Below are positions 37,979-47,216 of a stretch of DNA of 57,021 nucleotides, in pieces; within the stretch, counting starts at the first letter, position 1, and each line of letters begins with the position of its first letter. The notes under the pieces were generated by a model. The model saw nothing but the letters and a program-made list of their open reading frames with translations. It was not told the DNA's origin and searched no databases. This DNA comes from Candidatus Saccharimonadota bacterium (GTDB taxonomy: Bacteria > Patescibacteriota > Saccharimonadia > Saccharimonadales > JACDBH01). Where the stretch lies: contig JACDBH010000007.1 of the NCBI GenBank assembly GCA_013694995.1, forward strand, positions 1-57,021. Reading direction: 5' to 3'. A program made the position numbers and the translations under genes.

Positions 37979-39196
37979 ATGAAACTAGACCCTATTAACC
38001 ATCCAACCCTGCCGCTACCAGACTCGGACGGCAATAACAACACAGCCGAAACCGCGGCTAATTTGATTCGCCATAAGTTAGACAACCTATATAGCCTTGA
38101 ACCCGATGCAGTTACAGAGACTATTGAGAGCTCCCAGGCTGCAGCTGGTAGTCGAAGTAAGCACCAAAAGTTCATGATAGAGCTGGCGGCTTCTGGAAAG
38201 CCTTTTGCCCAGATCCAAACTGATTGGCACGAATATTACGCTGGCCTAAGCAATTCCGAAAAACACCAAGTCTGGCAAGAATTTTATGATGTTCAGAACC
38301 GCTCGCACGCAGCACCCGCTCCGCAGGTACCCGAGCCACTACTGCCCGGCGAAAATTCCGCTGTAACGGGAAATTTTGAGCAGCATTTTGTTCCTCCACC
38401 TAAGTTAAGAATTAAAAAATCTTCGGTCGCAGACCTAAAGCAACAGATTACCGGCAGGGTGCAAAGCCGCTCCAAGCTCAGCCGCAAGGCTCATGTTCAA
38501 TCGATGTTATTTGGGCTCTCGGCAGGAGCGTTCGTAGTGTTAATGCTTATGTTTAGCTTTTTCAACGAGCGAGTAATAGCCCCTTTTATTACTCCCAGTC
38601 GAAACGTAAGCTCAACACCGCTTATACTAGATCCGTCTTCGGCAGCTGTCGGCAGTGAATCTAAATTAATTATCCCTAAAATTAATGTCGAAGTCCCAGT
38701 AGTATACGACGTCGAAACTATTGAAGAAGCGGCAGTACAGAAAGGCCTGGAAAGCGGCGTTGTCCACTACGCAACAACTTCCAATCCTGGAGAACAGGGT
38801 AATGGGGCAATATTCGGGCATTCCAGTAACAATATTCTTAACCGTGGCAAATATAAGTTCGCATTTGTGCTTTTGAGCCGGCTAGAGTCAGGTGATACCT
38901 TTTACATTGAAAAAGGTGGCGTACGCTACGTCTATAAAATTTTTGAAAAAAAGGTTGTCAGCCCAACTGATGTTTCGGTACTGGGCTCAATAAACGGGAA
39001 ACCTAGCACGCTCAGCTTAATTACATGTGACCCGCCCGGCACGACTATAAATCGCCTAGTAGTTATTGGTGAGCAAATTAGCCCCGATCCAGCGGGCAAT
39101 ATTGCCAGTACCGCTACCCAGACAGATGAGCAAGCTGAAATCCTTGCTGGCAATCCCCAGTCACTATGGAGCCGGATATGGGGCAATATATTTTAG
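37979..39196 (+). CDS. Sortase with a long N-terminal cytoplasmic extension
   Basis: TM at about aa 175-195; GVVHY, FGHS, LITCDPPG, R catalytic set. Confidence 0.9.
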   Translation: MKLDPINHPTLPLPDSDGNNNTAETAANLIRHKLDNLYSLEPDAVTETIESSQAAAGSRSKHQKFMIELAASGKPFAQIQTDWHEYYAGLSNSEKHQVWQEFYDVQNRSHAAPAPQVPEPLLPGENSAVTGNFEQHFVPPPKLRIKKSSVADLKQQITGRVQSRSKLSRKAHVQSMLFGLSAGAFVVLMLMFSFFNERVIAPFITPSRNVSSTPLILDPSSAAVGSESKLIIPKINVEVPVVYDVETIEEAAVQKGLESGVVHYATTSNPGEQGNGAIFGHSSNNILNRGKYKFAFVLLSRLESGDTFYIEKGGVRYVYKIFEKKVVSPTDVSVLGSINGKPSTLSLITCDPPGTTINRLVVIGEQISPDPAGNIASTATQTDEQAEILAGNPQSLWSRIWGNIF

Positions 39197-39201
39197 AACA
39201 G

Positions 39202-40680
39202 CTACTGAGCTAGGTCGATCTTAGTGACCGTAAGTGCTGATTTACTTGCGTCTAATTTGGAAGGTTCCAGAGTGTAGACATTATTGAAATCGCGGTCAAA
39301 GAATGGCTCGACGGACGCCAGCATAGTGACCAGGGTTTCTTCGTTGGAACCGTCGAAATCTACAATAAATGACTGGCCGTCAACTACATATAAGAAACGA
39401 TGCCCGTCCATCCAGTCTATTTTCTGATTTACAGGTATATCGTGCTTTAGCTTCAGGCGGTATTGTCGGTCATCTTCCAGGTTAATGGTAACTATTTCCG
39501 ATCCACTTTGGACGGCAAAATACTGAGTATTATCTGAAAATGAAGCAAAACGGGGATTATCAATCCGTAAAATCCCACTGATAATCAACGGCGTTTTAGC
39601 TCCGGGTTTTAGCGCTGGCAAGGGATTTTCATATACGAAAGCCATGTTGTCGCTGGCACTTCCAACGACATAATACCAGCGCTTTTCGTAGCGTGACACA
39701 TCAAGCACGTAGGCGTCGGACTGGTTGACGACTTTCAGTTTATATATTACGCCAGCTTCCATGATGCGAAATTCGGTTTGGCCGGCTTCGACATCGGTCT
39801 GGGTGGCATAAAGGATTATGTCGTTGCCTGATGTCCGGTAGGTGATAACACCCAATACCAGTGGGGCAGAGATTGTACGGGCGCGCAAGTCGCCACTCCG
39901 CAGTGTGCCGGGTATCGCATCCAGAAAATAAATCTGTTCCCACTGCTTATTGCGCAAACTAAGGCTGATAGGTGCAATACCTAGCGTGGTATTGATATTG
40001 AGGCTCTCGGATGTATTTTCATGATCAAACATTATAAATTCGGTTTTGCCCTCATATTGTCGTTCGATAAGCACATGCCGGTTGTCACCAGACCATTCCA
40101 CAAACTTCAGCGTAGCTTGGGCAGATGGCGAAGTTATAATGCTTACTGGCAATGTTATAACTGCTGGCGGCTTGGCTGGGTCGGCTAGATCAAACAAGTC
40201 GAATTGATATAGTTGACCAGGTTTCTGAATCATTACCCATCTGCGATCCGGGCTCTGAGTGGCCAGACTTGGCAGGGCCTCATAGCGTATAACATCGCTA
40301 ATAATAAGTTCATTCGGTATTAGGTATGGATATACAATGCGTTGGATCTGGCCGCCTTCCAGGCTAAAAGTACGTTCCCAGGTCCTATAGCCATCGGCCT
40401 CTAATCTGAGAGTATATACTCCTGCTGGTAGCACCATGCGGGTGTCTGTACGCCTACCTTGGCGGACATCGTTGACATAAATCGATGCACCGGCAGGGTT
40501 AGAATCCACAAACACGATACCGTTTTGTATCAGTCCGCCACCTTTGCGATCGATATCGTAGCCGTAAGCTTGATAAAGCACAATAAGCGTACCGATGCCA
40601 ACAACAATAGACATCAACACGTAACCTATAAATAGGCGGCGGCGGTGGGCTTTACGATGGCGTGGGTCTAAGAAATCCAT
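39202..40680 (-). CDS. PEGA-domain protein with a C-terminal beta-propeller-like region
   Basis: TM, then G.V.V.S.P.GA.IYVN...L.AG.Y.L...GY..W; SPD/WS.D repeats. Confidence 0.8.
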   Translation of the reverse strand: MDFLDPRHRKAHRRRLFIGYVLMSIVVGIGTLIVLYQAYGYDIDRKGGGLIQNGIVFVDSNPAGASIYVNDVRQGRRTDTRMVLPAGVYTLRLEADGYRTWERTFSLEGGQIQRIVYPYLIPNELIISDVIRYEALPSLATQSPDRRWVMIQKPGQLYQFDLFDLADPAKPPAVITLPVSIITSPSAQATLKFVEWSGDNRHVLIERQYEGKTEFIMFDHENTSESLNINTTLGIAPISLSLRNKQWEQIYFLDAIPGTLRSGDLRARTISAPLVLGVITYRTSGNDIILYATQTDVEAGQTEFRIMEAGVIYKLKVVNQSDAYVLDVSRYEKRWYYVVGSASDNMAFVYENPLPALKPGAKTPLIISGILRIDNPRFASFSDNTQYFAVQSGSEIVTINLEDDRQYRLKLKHDIPVNQKIDWMDGHRFLYVVDGQSFIVDFDGSNEETLVTMLASVEPFFDRDFNNVYTLEPSKLDASKSALTVTKIDLAQ

Positions 40681-40949
40681 TTTGCATTAAGTCGTTTCTG
40701 TCTCTTATTTATACCACATTTATAATGCTAATTACGGTAAAAAAACAATGGTTTTAGCTAAACTCAAACTAGGCCAAAAACACAGGCAGCATTCATACCT
40801 ATATGTTAGGTATTGGCATTAAGGAGCATGAGTTGTACTAAAAACACTTGCACAGGCCAACTGTTACGCAGTAAGATACTACTTAAGCATTAGAACTTCA
40901 ATGCGTATTTATCCAGATGGCAGCAAAAAAGACTTAATGAAAAGATATA

Positions 40950-42023
40950 GTGGTCAGAAACTCGCAAACCAGTATAGAAATAAATGGCAAACGCTATGAT
41001 GCCCGAACAGGGAGGATGCTGACGTCTGATGATATTGGCACACCCTCGCAAACCAGTCCGATTGACAGGCACCGACATCCTGTTAACGATATAAACCCTC
41101 GGCAACCAACCCCTCAAGTCCATAAACCGCTTGAGCGTAGTAAGACTTTGATGCGCCACGCCGTCAAAAAACCTGCAGCGGACAAACCGGTGCACCATTC
41201 AACATCTACAAAAGCCTTGTCTGACGTATCTTTCAGGCCAAACAACAATCTTGCTCCAAGTAGTACGCTACTTCATCAATTTGATAGGGATCGCGAGACG
41301 CGAGCCCACAATATCCAACGCAGCAATCTTGTTAGTAAATTTAGCGATATAAGCAGTAAACCTAGTGGAGCAGTATCGGGTGCACACTCACAACACGAAG
41401 TTCAAAAACGTGTCCAACCCCTGTCAGTCCAGGCAGCACCTGCCCTACAACTACCGGTAAGACTCTTACATTCCAAGACTGAGTTAATGCTCACTAAAGG
41501 CTTACAGACAGCGCAGAGCCATACCGAAACCCAGCCGCACAATGCGCACCGTCGTAAAACAACCAAAGCGGCTCGCTACATGACATTGGCGGCCAGCAGC
41601 TTGTCGGTACTGATGCTTGCTGGATTTATTGCTTATCAGAACCTGCCTAACATGGCAATGCGCTATGCCGCCACCCGCGCAGGAATCAGCGCCCAACTGC
41701 CAGGCTATAAGCCGGCTGGCTTTGCACTCAACAACCGCATTCACTACAACCCTGGGCAGATAACAATTAATTTTGCATCAAACAGTGATGACCGTAACTT
41801 CTCTATCACTCAGCGCTCAACTAGTTGGGATAGTAAAGCACTTCTCAGCAATTATGTTGCTACAGCTAGCGACCAAATACAGACTTATGAAGACAAGGGA
41901 AGGACAATTTATATATACGATGAATCAAACGCAACCTGGGTAAATGGAGGTGTCTGGTATGACATAAACGGCAGCTCTAAACTCAATAGCGACCAGCTGA
42001 TTCGTATTGCTACTTCAATGTAG
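40950..42023 (+). CDS. Membrane protein with a disordered N-terminus and a DUF4367-like C-terminal domain
   Basis: TM, then P.Y.P.GF ... A.W...G.WY.I.G...L..DQL..IA.S. Confidence 0.75.
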   Translation: MVRNSQTSIEINGKRYDARTGRMLTSDDIGTPSQTSPIDRHRHPVNDINPRQPTPQVHKPLERSKTLMRHAVKKPAADKPVHHSTSTKALSDVSFRPNNNLAPSSTLLHQFDRDRETRAHNIQRSNLVSKFSDISSKPSGAVSGAHSQHEVQKRVQPLSVQAAPALQLPVRLLHSKTELMLTKGLQTAQSHTETQPHNAHRRKTTKAARYMTLAASSLSVLMLAGFIAYQNLPNMAMRYAATRAGISAQLPGYKPAGFALNNRIHYNPGQITINFASNSDDRNFSITQRSTSWDSKALLSNYVATASDQIQTYEDKGRTIYIYDESNATWVNGGVWYDINGSSKLNSDQLIRIATSM

Positions 42024-42171
42024 ATCGCAACCATCAAGCTCATGAAAATTGTATGGGCTTAAGATTGCCGGGAGGGTAGAAATTTGTGCTGGTGGCACAA
42101 CTCTTCCTCCAAAATCTTCATTGTAGAATTACCCGCCAGTTAGCTCTGGTTGAAATAGTCTTAAAAAAGTT

Positions 42172-43779
42172 TTAAACGCTCAAACGGGCACGGACCCGCT
42201 CTAGACCCATCACCTGCATAATGGCGTACAAATCGGGTGTTTGGTTTTTACCAGTTAATTTGACTCGGAGGATACGAGCATAATCCTTCAGGCTAAGGCT
42301 TTGGTTATCGGCAGCGGCGCGCATTTTCTCAAGCCACGCCGCCTGGGCATCGTCTGGAACATAAAAAGACAAAAAGGCTTCGCTGGCAGCCCGTTCAACA
42401 TTATTGTCGATGTCACTTAAATGTTCCTGACGACCTTGTTGCTGAAAATCTGTTTCGAACAGTTCATTAAAGAAATACCCATACTGGTCTTTCGCTTGTG
42501 ACCACTGACTCAGATCCTTACGAGGCTTGAGACCTGTTCGCTCAATCGCAAGTACTTGGTGTGTATAGCCTGGGTCAGCTTCAAGCGCAGCTTTAAAAGT
42601 GCCATCGGCGCTTTTTATTATGGCGTTATAAAAATCTTCCTGCGACAAACGAGCGATGTAATCTTTGGCGTAATCTTCAAGTTTACGCATATCGAGTAGT
42701 GGCGCGCGGCTGGCCGCAAGTTTTTCTAAAGAAAGAGAAAATTCTTTCAAGGACTTGTCTGGATTGGCCCGGTACCAGTCTTCAAAATTAGAGTTGGCCA
42801 AACCAAGCAGATAGGCTTTGACGGCTTCGATAGGATAGCCAGCCTGGAGCCAGTATTGCACATCGGCCTCGGGATCTTTTCGCTTGCTAAGTTTTCGTTT
42901 TCCGCCATTATTATCGATGATTGAAATCGGGGCAAAATGACCGTAGTTAAAGGGTTTCAGGCCTAGCGACTGAGACAACTCAATATGTAGCGCTGTACTC
43001 GGCAACCATTCGTCCGAACGAAACACTTTAGTCGTACCCATCAAAAAATCATCAACTACGTGTGCCAAATGGTAGGTAGGCAAATGGAATTCGTCGCTTT
43101 TAATTAACGGTACATCCAGGTCGTTTTCTGGCACTTCCATTTTTCCCTTAAAAATATCAGTGTAATTTATACGTTTGTCATGCGAACCCTCAGAGCGGAA
43201 GCGTAGGACAAACGGTTTATTATCATTCAGTGCAGTAGTGATTTCAGCTGCGGATTTATCGCGCCAAAGGGCCCATTGGCCGTAATAACCAGGCCTTAAC
43301 TTTTTAGCCTGCTGATACTTGACGGCCATTGCAAGATCGTCGGGGCTGGCAAAGCAAGGATAAGCCCGGCCTTTATGCAGCAAGTCGACTGCATAGCCCA
43401 GATACATTCTGGCCCGCTCGCTCTGCAAGTACGGACCATAGCCACCTTCTTTTCCTGGGCCTTCGTCATAATTTAAGTCAAATTTTTGAAATGCGCTTAT
43501 TATCGCTTCGATTGATCCTGTGACTTCACGCTTTTTATCTGTGTCCTCTATCCGCAGAATAAATACTCCGCCACTTTGGTGAGCTATACGTTCGTTGATT
43601 AGCCCCGCATATATCGTACCAATATGAACGAATCCGGTCGGACTGGGAGGTACTCGCATCACTTCTGCTTTATCAGACAACTGACGTAAGGGATAGCGTG
43701 TTTCGCTTTCTTGCCGCAACGTATAACCATTTGGTGCCAGCTTTGCAATTATCCGCTCAGTTAGTTCAGGGCTATACAT
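42172..43779 (-). CDS. gltX: Glutamate--tRNA ligase
   Basis: PSPTGFVHIG (HIGH), LRIEDTD, PY.QSER, PTYHLA.VVDD, KLSKR; start moved to ATG 43779. Confidence 0.93.
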   Translation of the reverse strand: MYSPELTERIIAKLAPNGYTLRQESETRYPLRQLSDKAEVMRVPPSPTGFVHIGTIYAGLINERIAHQSGGVFILRIEDTDKKREVTGSIEAIISAFQKFDLNYDEGPGKEGGYGPYLQSERARMYLGYAVDLLHKGRAYPCFASPDDLAMAVKYQQAKKLRPGYYGQWALWRDKSAAEITTALNDNKPFVLRFRSEGSHDKRINYTDIFKGKMEVPENDLDVPLIKSDEFHLPTYHLAHVVDDFLMGTTKVFRSDEWLPSTALHIELSQSLGLKPFNYGHFAPISIIDNNGGKRKLSKRKDPEADVQYWLQAGYPIEAVKAYLLGLANSNFEDWYRANPDKSLKEFSLSLEKLAASRAPLLDMRKLEDYAKDYIARLSQEDFYNAIIKSADGTFKAALEADPGYTHQVLAIERTGLKPRKDLSQWSQAKDQYGYFFNELFETDFQQQGRQEHLSDIDNNVERAASEAFLSFYVPDDAQAAWLEKMRAAADNQSLSLKDYARILRVKLTGKNQTPDLYAIMQVMGLERVRARLSV

Positions 43780-43930
43780 ATAGCTTAGATTGTAACAGAT
43801 AGGTGTATGGACCGGAGATTGAAAAAGTGTTCTCATGATTTTAATCAATTATTTTTAATTTCCAGTTTTCATTATTCGGTCCTAGTTCTTCTGATATGCG
43901 TAAGCGGTATGTTAAAATCAAACAATAAAT

Positions 43931-45223
43931 ATGGATGATATTATCAGACGGCCAAAAAGGCCGAAAATTGACCTGTCTGAACTCCCGCAATCCCAAACCT
44001 TTTCCATGCACCAGGAACTTTACAGGCCGCCTGTTGCCGCTCGTACCGCCCTCAAACCTTCGGTTGCAAGTCGGGCACCTTTACCGCAGAGTTTTGCTCG
44101 TAAAGCACCCAAGCCGTCGCCTGTTGCCGCACCCGTTCCCATCAAAACCCCTAAATGGAAGATGAAATTTCGGCTTCCGCGTAATAAAAAAGAGTGGATA
44201 ATCGCAGCCGCCACAGCCATACTTTTATGCGTAGGCTGTTTCGCGCTGTATTGGTTCGTTATTCGTGATACCGCGCCAGTCGTTACATACATTGCGCCTG
44301 AGCCCGAACCCGAACCAGAACCGCCGGCACCAACCACTGGACCTTCTAAGCTGAGCGGCCGCGAAGTCGAGCTTGCAGTTAATGACCGACCAGTCTACGC
44401 CGTACAGATAGAAAATAGCCCTGATGCTCGACCACAGTCCGGCCTTAAAGAAGCCGATATTGTATTTGAGGCCGTAGCCGAAGGCGGAATTACTCGATTT
44501 AATGCCTTGTTTCACGACAATCAGCCAGGTAATATTGGGCCAATCCGTTCTTTAAGGCCATACTATATCGACTGGTTCTGGCCGTTCGATGCTGCCATAG
44601 TACATGCCGGCGGCTCACCGGAAGCTCTAAATGACATAAAAGCTTTAGGTCTTAAAGACATAGAACATGGCGTAAACGGCGGGTCTTTCAGACGGGTAAG
44701 CAATCGTTATGCTCCCCATAATCTATACTCTACATCAGCCCAACTTACAGAACTAATGAGTAAAAAGGGCTTTAACAGCTCGACATTTACCAGTTTAAGC
44801 CGGAAAGTCCCGGCCGTCGATGCTGTAGCTACAGCAAGCACCGTTAACCTTAAAATATCCAGCACTCTTTACAATGTCACTTACTCCTATGACAAAGCCA
44901 GTAATAGTTACAAGAGGGCACAAGGCGGTGGCCCACATTTAGATGCCGAAAGTGGCCAGCAGCTGGCTCCTAACGTATTGATAGTTCCGGTTTTGAGCAA
45001 AGGGATCCACCCCGACCGGGTACACACCGCATACGGTACTACTGGTTCAGGAAAAGTGTTTGTTTTCCAGGACGGCATTGTCACTGAAGGAACCTGGACT
45101 AAACCTGACCGTAAATCACAGTGGCAGCTTACTGATAATGCCGGTGCGGCGATAACGTTCAATCCGGGTCAAACTTGGTTTACTATTATCGATGCGGCGG
45201 GCTCCGTGACCTATCAGCCATGA
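43931..45223 (+). CDS. DUF3048 (YerB-like) membrane-anchored protein
   Basis: IEN...ARPQSGL..AD.V.E...EGGITRF, GPIRS.R, APHN.Y, PGQTW. Confidence 0.88.
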   Translation: MDDIIRRPKRPKIDLSELPQSQTFSMHQELYRPPVAARTALKPSVASRAPLPQSFARKAPKPSPVAAPVPIKTPKWKMKFRLPRNKKEWIIAAATAILLCVGCFALYWFVIRDTAPVVTYIAPEPEPEPEPPAPTTGPSKLSGREVELAVNDRPVYAVQIENSPDARPQSGLKEADIVFEAVAEGGITRFNALFHDNQPGNIGPIRSLRPYYIDWFWPFDAAIVHAGGSPEALNDIKALGLKDIEHGVNGGSFRRVSNRYAPHNLYSTSAQLTELMSKKGFNSSTFTSLSRKVPAVDAVATASTVNLKISSTLYNVTYSYDKASNSYKRAQGGGPHLDAESGQQLAPNVLIVPVLSKGIHPDRVHTAYGTTGSGKVFVFQDGIVTEGTWTKPDRKSQWQLTDNAGAAITFNPGQTWFTIIDAAGSVTYQP

Positions 45224-46764
45224 ACCATTTGAAACGATTTAGCCAGCAGCTGACATGGATGCTTTTTTTTAGCATCATTACACCGGGCGTAGTAAGTGTG
45301 GCTGGCTACGTTTTACTACATGACATTATGGATCTTAGCGTAGTCTGGTCGCTTACAGCCATAGCTCCGTTTTTCTTGATAATCTCCTTGTGGTCAAATA
45401 TGTCTGCGGTTAAACACTCCGTAGTGCCAATAGAAAAGATTTGGCAGGCTATTTGGCATATTAGCCCAGAAGCACGCGACGTTCAGTCTCCAACAATGGA
45501 GGATATTAAAGTCGGCCGCGAACTCGTAAGCAGTATGGTCATGCAAATTTATGAGCTTGCCAGCCACGGATCAAATGTCCAAACAGCCACCACTGGCAAA
45601 CCGTTGCCACCGGCAGTTGACATGAGCAGCTTGCTGGAGCACATCCCTCAGCCCGTTTTTGTACTCGACAAAGACCGAGTTATCGGTGGCGTAAACAACG
45701 TAGCCTGCATATTTTTGGGACAGACACGCGATGAGCTTATTGGCAAAAGCACGTATGATGTACTTAGGATGTCGTTCCAAACGGTTGATACGTTAGACCT
45801 GTGGTTAGACGAAGCAAGTAAATCACTAGCCACTGCTACTAAGAGCTGGGAACATGTCCGCACGCCGCTTTCAGATGGAAAAACCTTTAAGCAATTTGAC
45901 TTAGCTGCCTCTTACAGCAAGGAAAATACCGCCGGTTACGAAACCGTTATAACTTTATTTGACCGGACGGCAACTTACGCTCGCCAAGACGAAGCCACCA
46001 GCTACGTGGCACTGGCTGTGCATGAGCTGCGAACGCCGCTTACAATCTTAAGAGGTTATATAGAAGTATTCGATGATGAACTCGGCAGTCAACTTACGCC
46101 AGAGCTAAGAGAATTTATGCGCAAAATGGGTGCCGCCGCCCAAAGCCTGACTGCTTTTGTTAGCAACATACTTAACGTTGCACGGGTAGATGAAAACCAA
46201 CTGGTATTATCGCTGCACGAAGCAGACTGGAATAAAGTATTGCCGGAAATAGCCAAAGATCTAGAGCTCCGAGCCAGCGTACGCGGCAAGACCATAGAAC
46301 TTGATATTGAAGCAGGCCTACCCTCTGTCGCTATTGATAAGATAAGTATGTATGAGGTAGTCAGCAACTTAGTTGATAATGCAATCAAATACGGCGGCTT
46401 GTCACTTAAGGTTATAATCCATGCTAAAAGATCCAAGGATGGTACTATAGAAACAGTAATACAAGACTTCGGGCTGGGGATTCCCGAAAACGCCATGTCG
46501 GATTTATTCACTAAATTTTACCGCTCACACAGCTCAAAAAATGCTGTCAGCGGTAGTGGACTTGGATTGTACCTCGTCAAAGCTATAATTAGCGCTCACG
46601 GCGGCAACGTATGGGTCAATAGTAAGGAAGGCGAGGGCAGTAGTTTCGGTTTTAGCTTGCAAACATATGAGATAGCTTCCTCTCAGGCCGGTGCCAAAGC
46701 CAGCGATGGCATAGAACGCCAAGCAAGCGGCTGGATAAAAAACCATTCATTATATAGAAGATAA
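45220..46764 (+). CDS. PAS-domain sensor histidine kinase
   Basis: Two TM, PAS, H-box HELRTPLT, N-box NLVDNAIKY, D.G.GI, GSGLGL; ATGA overlap with the upstream gene. Confidence 0.93.
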   Translation: MNHLKRFSQQLTWMLFFSIITPGVVSVAGYVLLHDIMDLSVVWSLTAIAPFFLIISLWSNMSAVKHSVVPIEKIWQAIWHISPEARDVQSPTMEDIKVGRELVSSMVMQIYELASHGSNVQTATTGKPLPPAVDMSSLLEHIPQPVFVLDKDRVIGGVNNVACIFLGQTRDELIGKSTYDVLRMSFQTVDTLDLWLDEASKSLATATKSWEHVRTPLSDGKTFKQFDLAASYSKENTAGYETVITLFDRTATYARQDEATSYVALAVHELRTPLTILRGYIEVFDDELGSQLTPELREFMRKMGAAAQSLTAFVSNILNVARVDENQLVLSLHEADWNKVLPEIAKDLELRASVRGKTIELDIEAGLPSVAIDKISMYEVVSNLVDNAIKYGGLSLKVIIHAKRSKDGTIETVIQDFGLGIPENAMSDLFTKFYRSHSSKNAVSGSGLGLYLVKAIISAHGGNVWVNSKEGEGSSFGFSLQTYEIASSQAGAKASDGIERQASGWIKNHSLYRR

Positions 46765-46774
46765 GGGAGTAAAT

Positions 46775-47164
46775 ATGCCTGTTGCCACCAAACCACACCG
46801 CGTACTGTGTATAGAAGATGAATTCTTTATCGGTGAGCTATACGAACGTGCCCTCCGGAAAGCCGGTTATGAGGTGACTACAGTTCTCAATGGCACCGAT
46901 GGTCTGCAAGTCGCCCAGACCAACCGCTACGATATAGTTTTGCTTGATCTAATGGTGCCTGGGCTTACTGGCATAGAAATCCTTCGCTCACTCCGTAACC
47001 CCGATATCAGCCCTGGATTTAAGAGTAAAGTTATTATAACCACCAATCTAGACCAGGATGATGAAACCAAGACCGAGATAGAAGAACAAGCCGACGGCTA
47101 CATCATAAAAGCCAGTATCACTCCTAAAGAGCTTGTGAGTTTTATTGACAAACTTGAGTTATAG
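46775..47164 (+). CDS. Single-domain response regulator
   Basis: IEDE, LLDLMVP, TN, IIK. Confidence 0.93.
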   Translation: MPVATKPHRVLCIEDEFFIGELYERALRKAGYEVTTVLNGTDGLQVAQTNRYDIVLLDLMVPGLTGIEILRSLRNPDISPGFKSKVIITTNLDQDDETKTEIEEQADGYIIKASITPKELVSFIDKLEL

Positions 47165-47216
47165 ACAAACTACCTCTGTTATGCTAGGATGTCTTTGGCC
47201 AAATTTGTGAGAGAAT

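Noticed and set aside
42062-42116. Imperfect hairpin GGAGG...TTGTGC/GCACAA...CCTCC considered as SRP RNA or an sRNA
   Set aside because: No SRP domain IV motif; it sits between convergent genes and is best explained as a terminator-like stem
44295-44330. PEPEPEPEPP coding repeat
   Set aside because: Ordinary low-complexity linker in the DUF3048 protein
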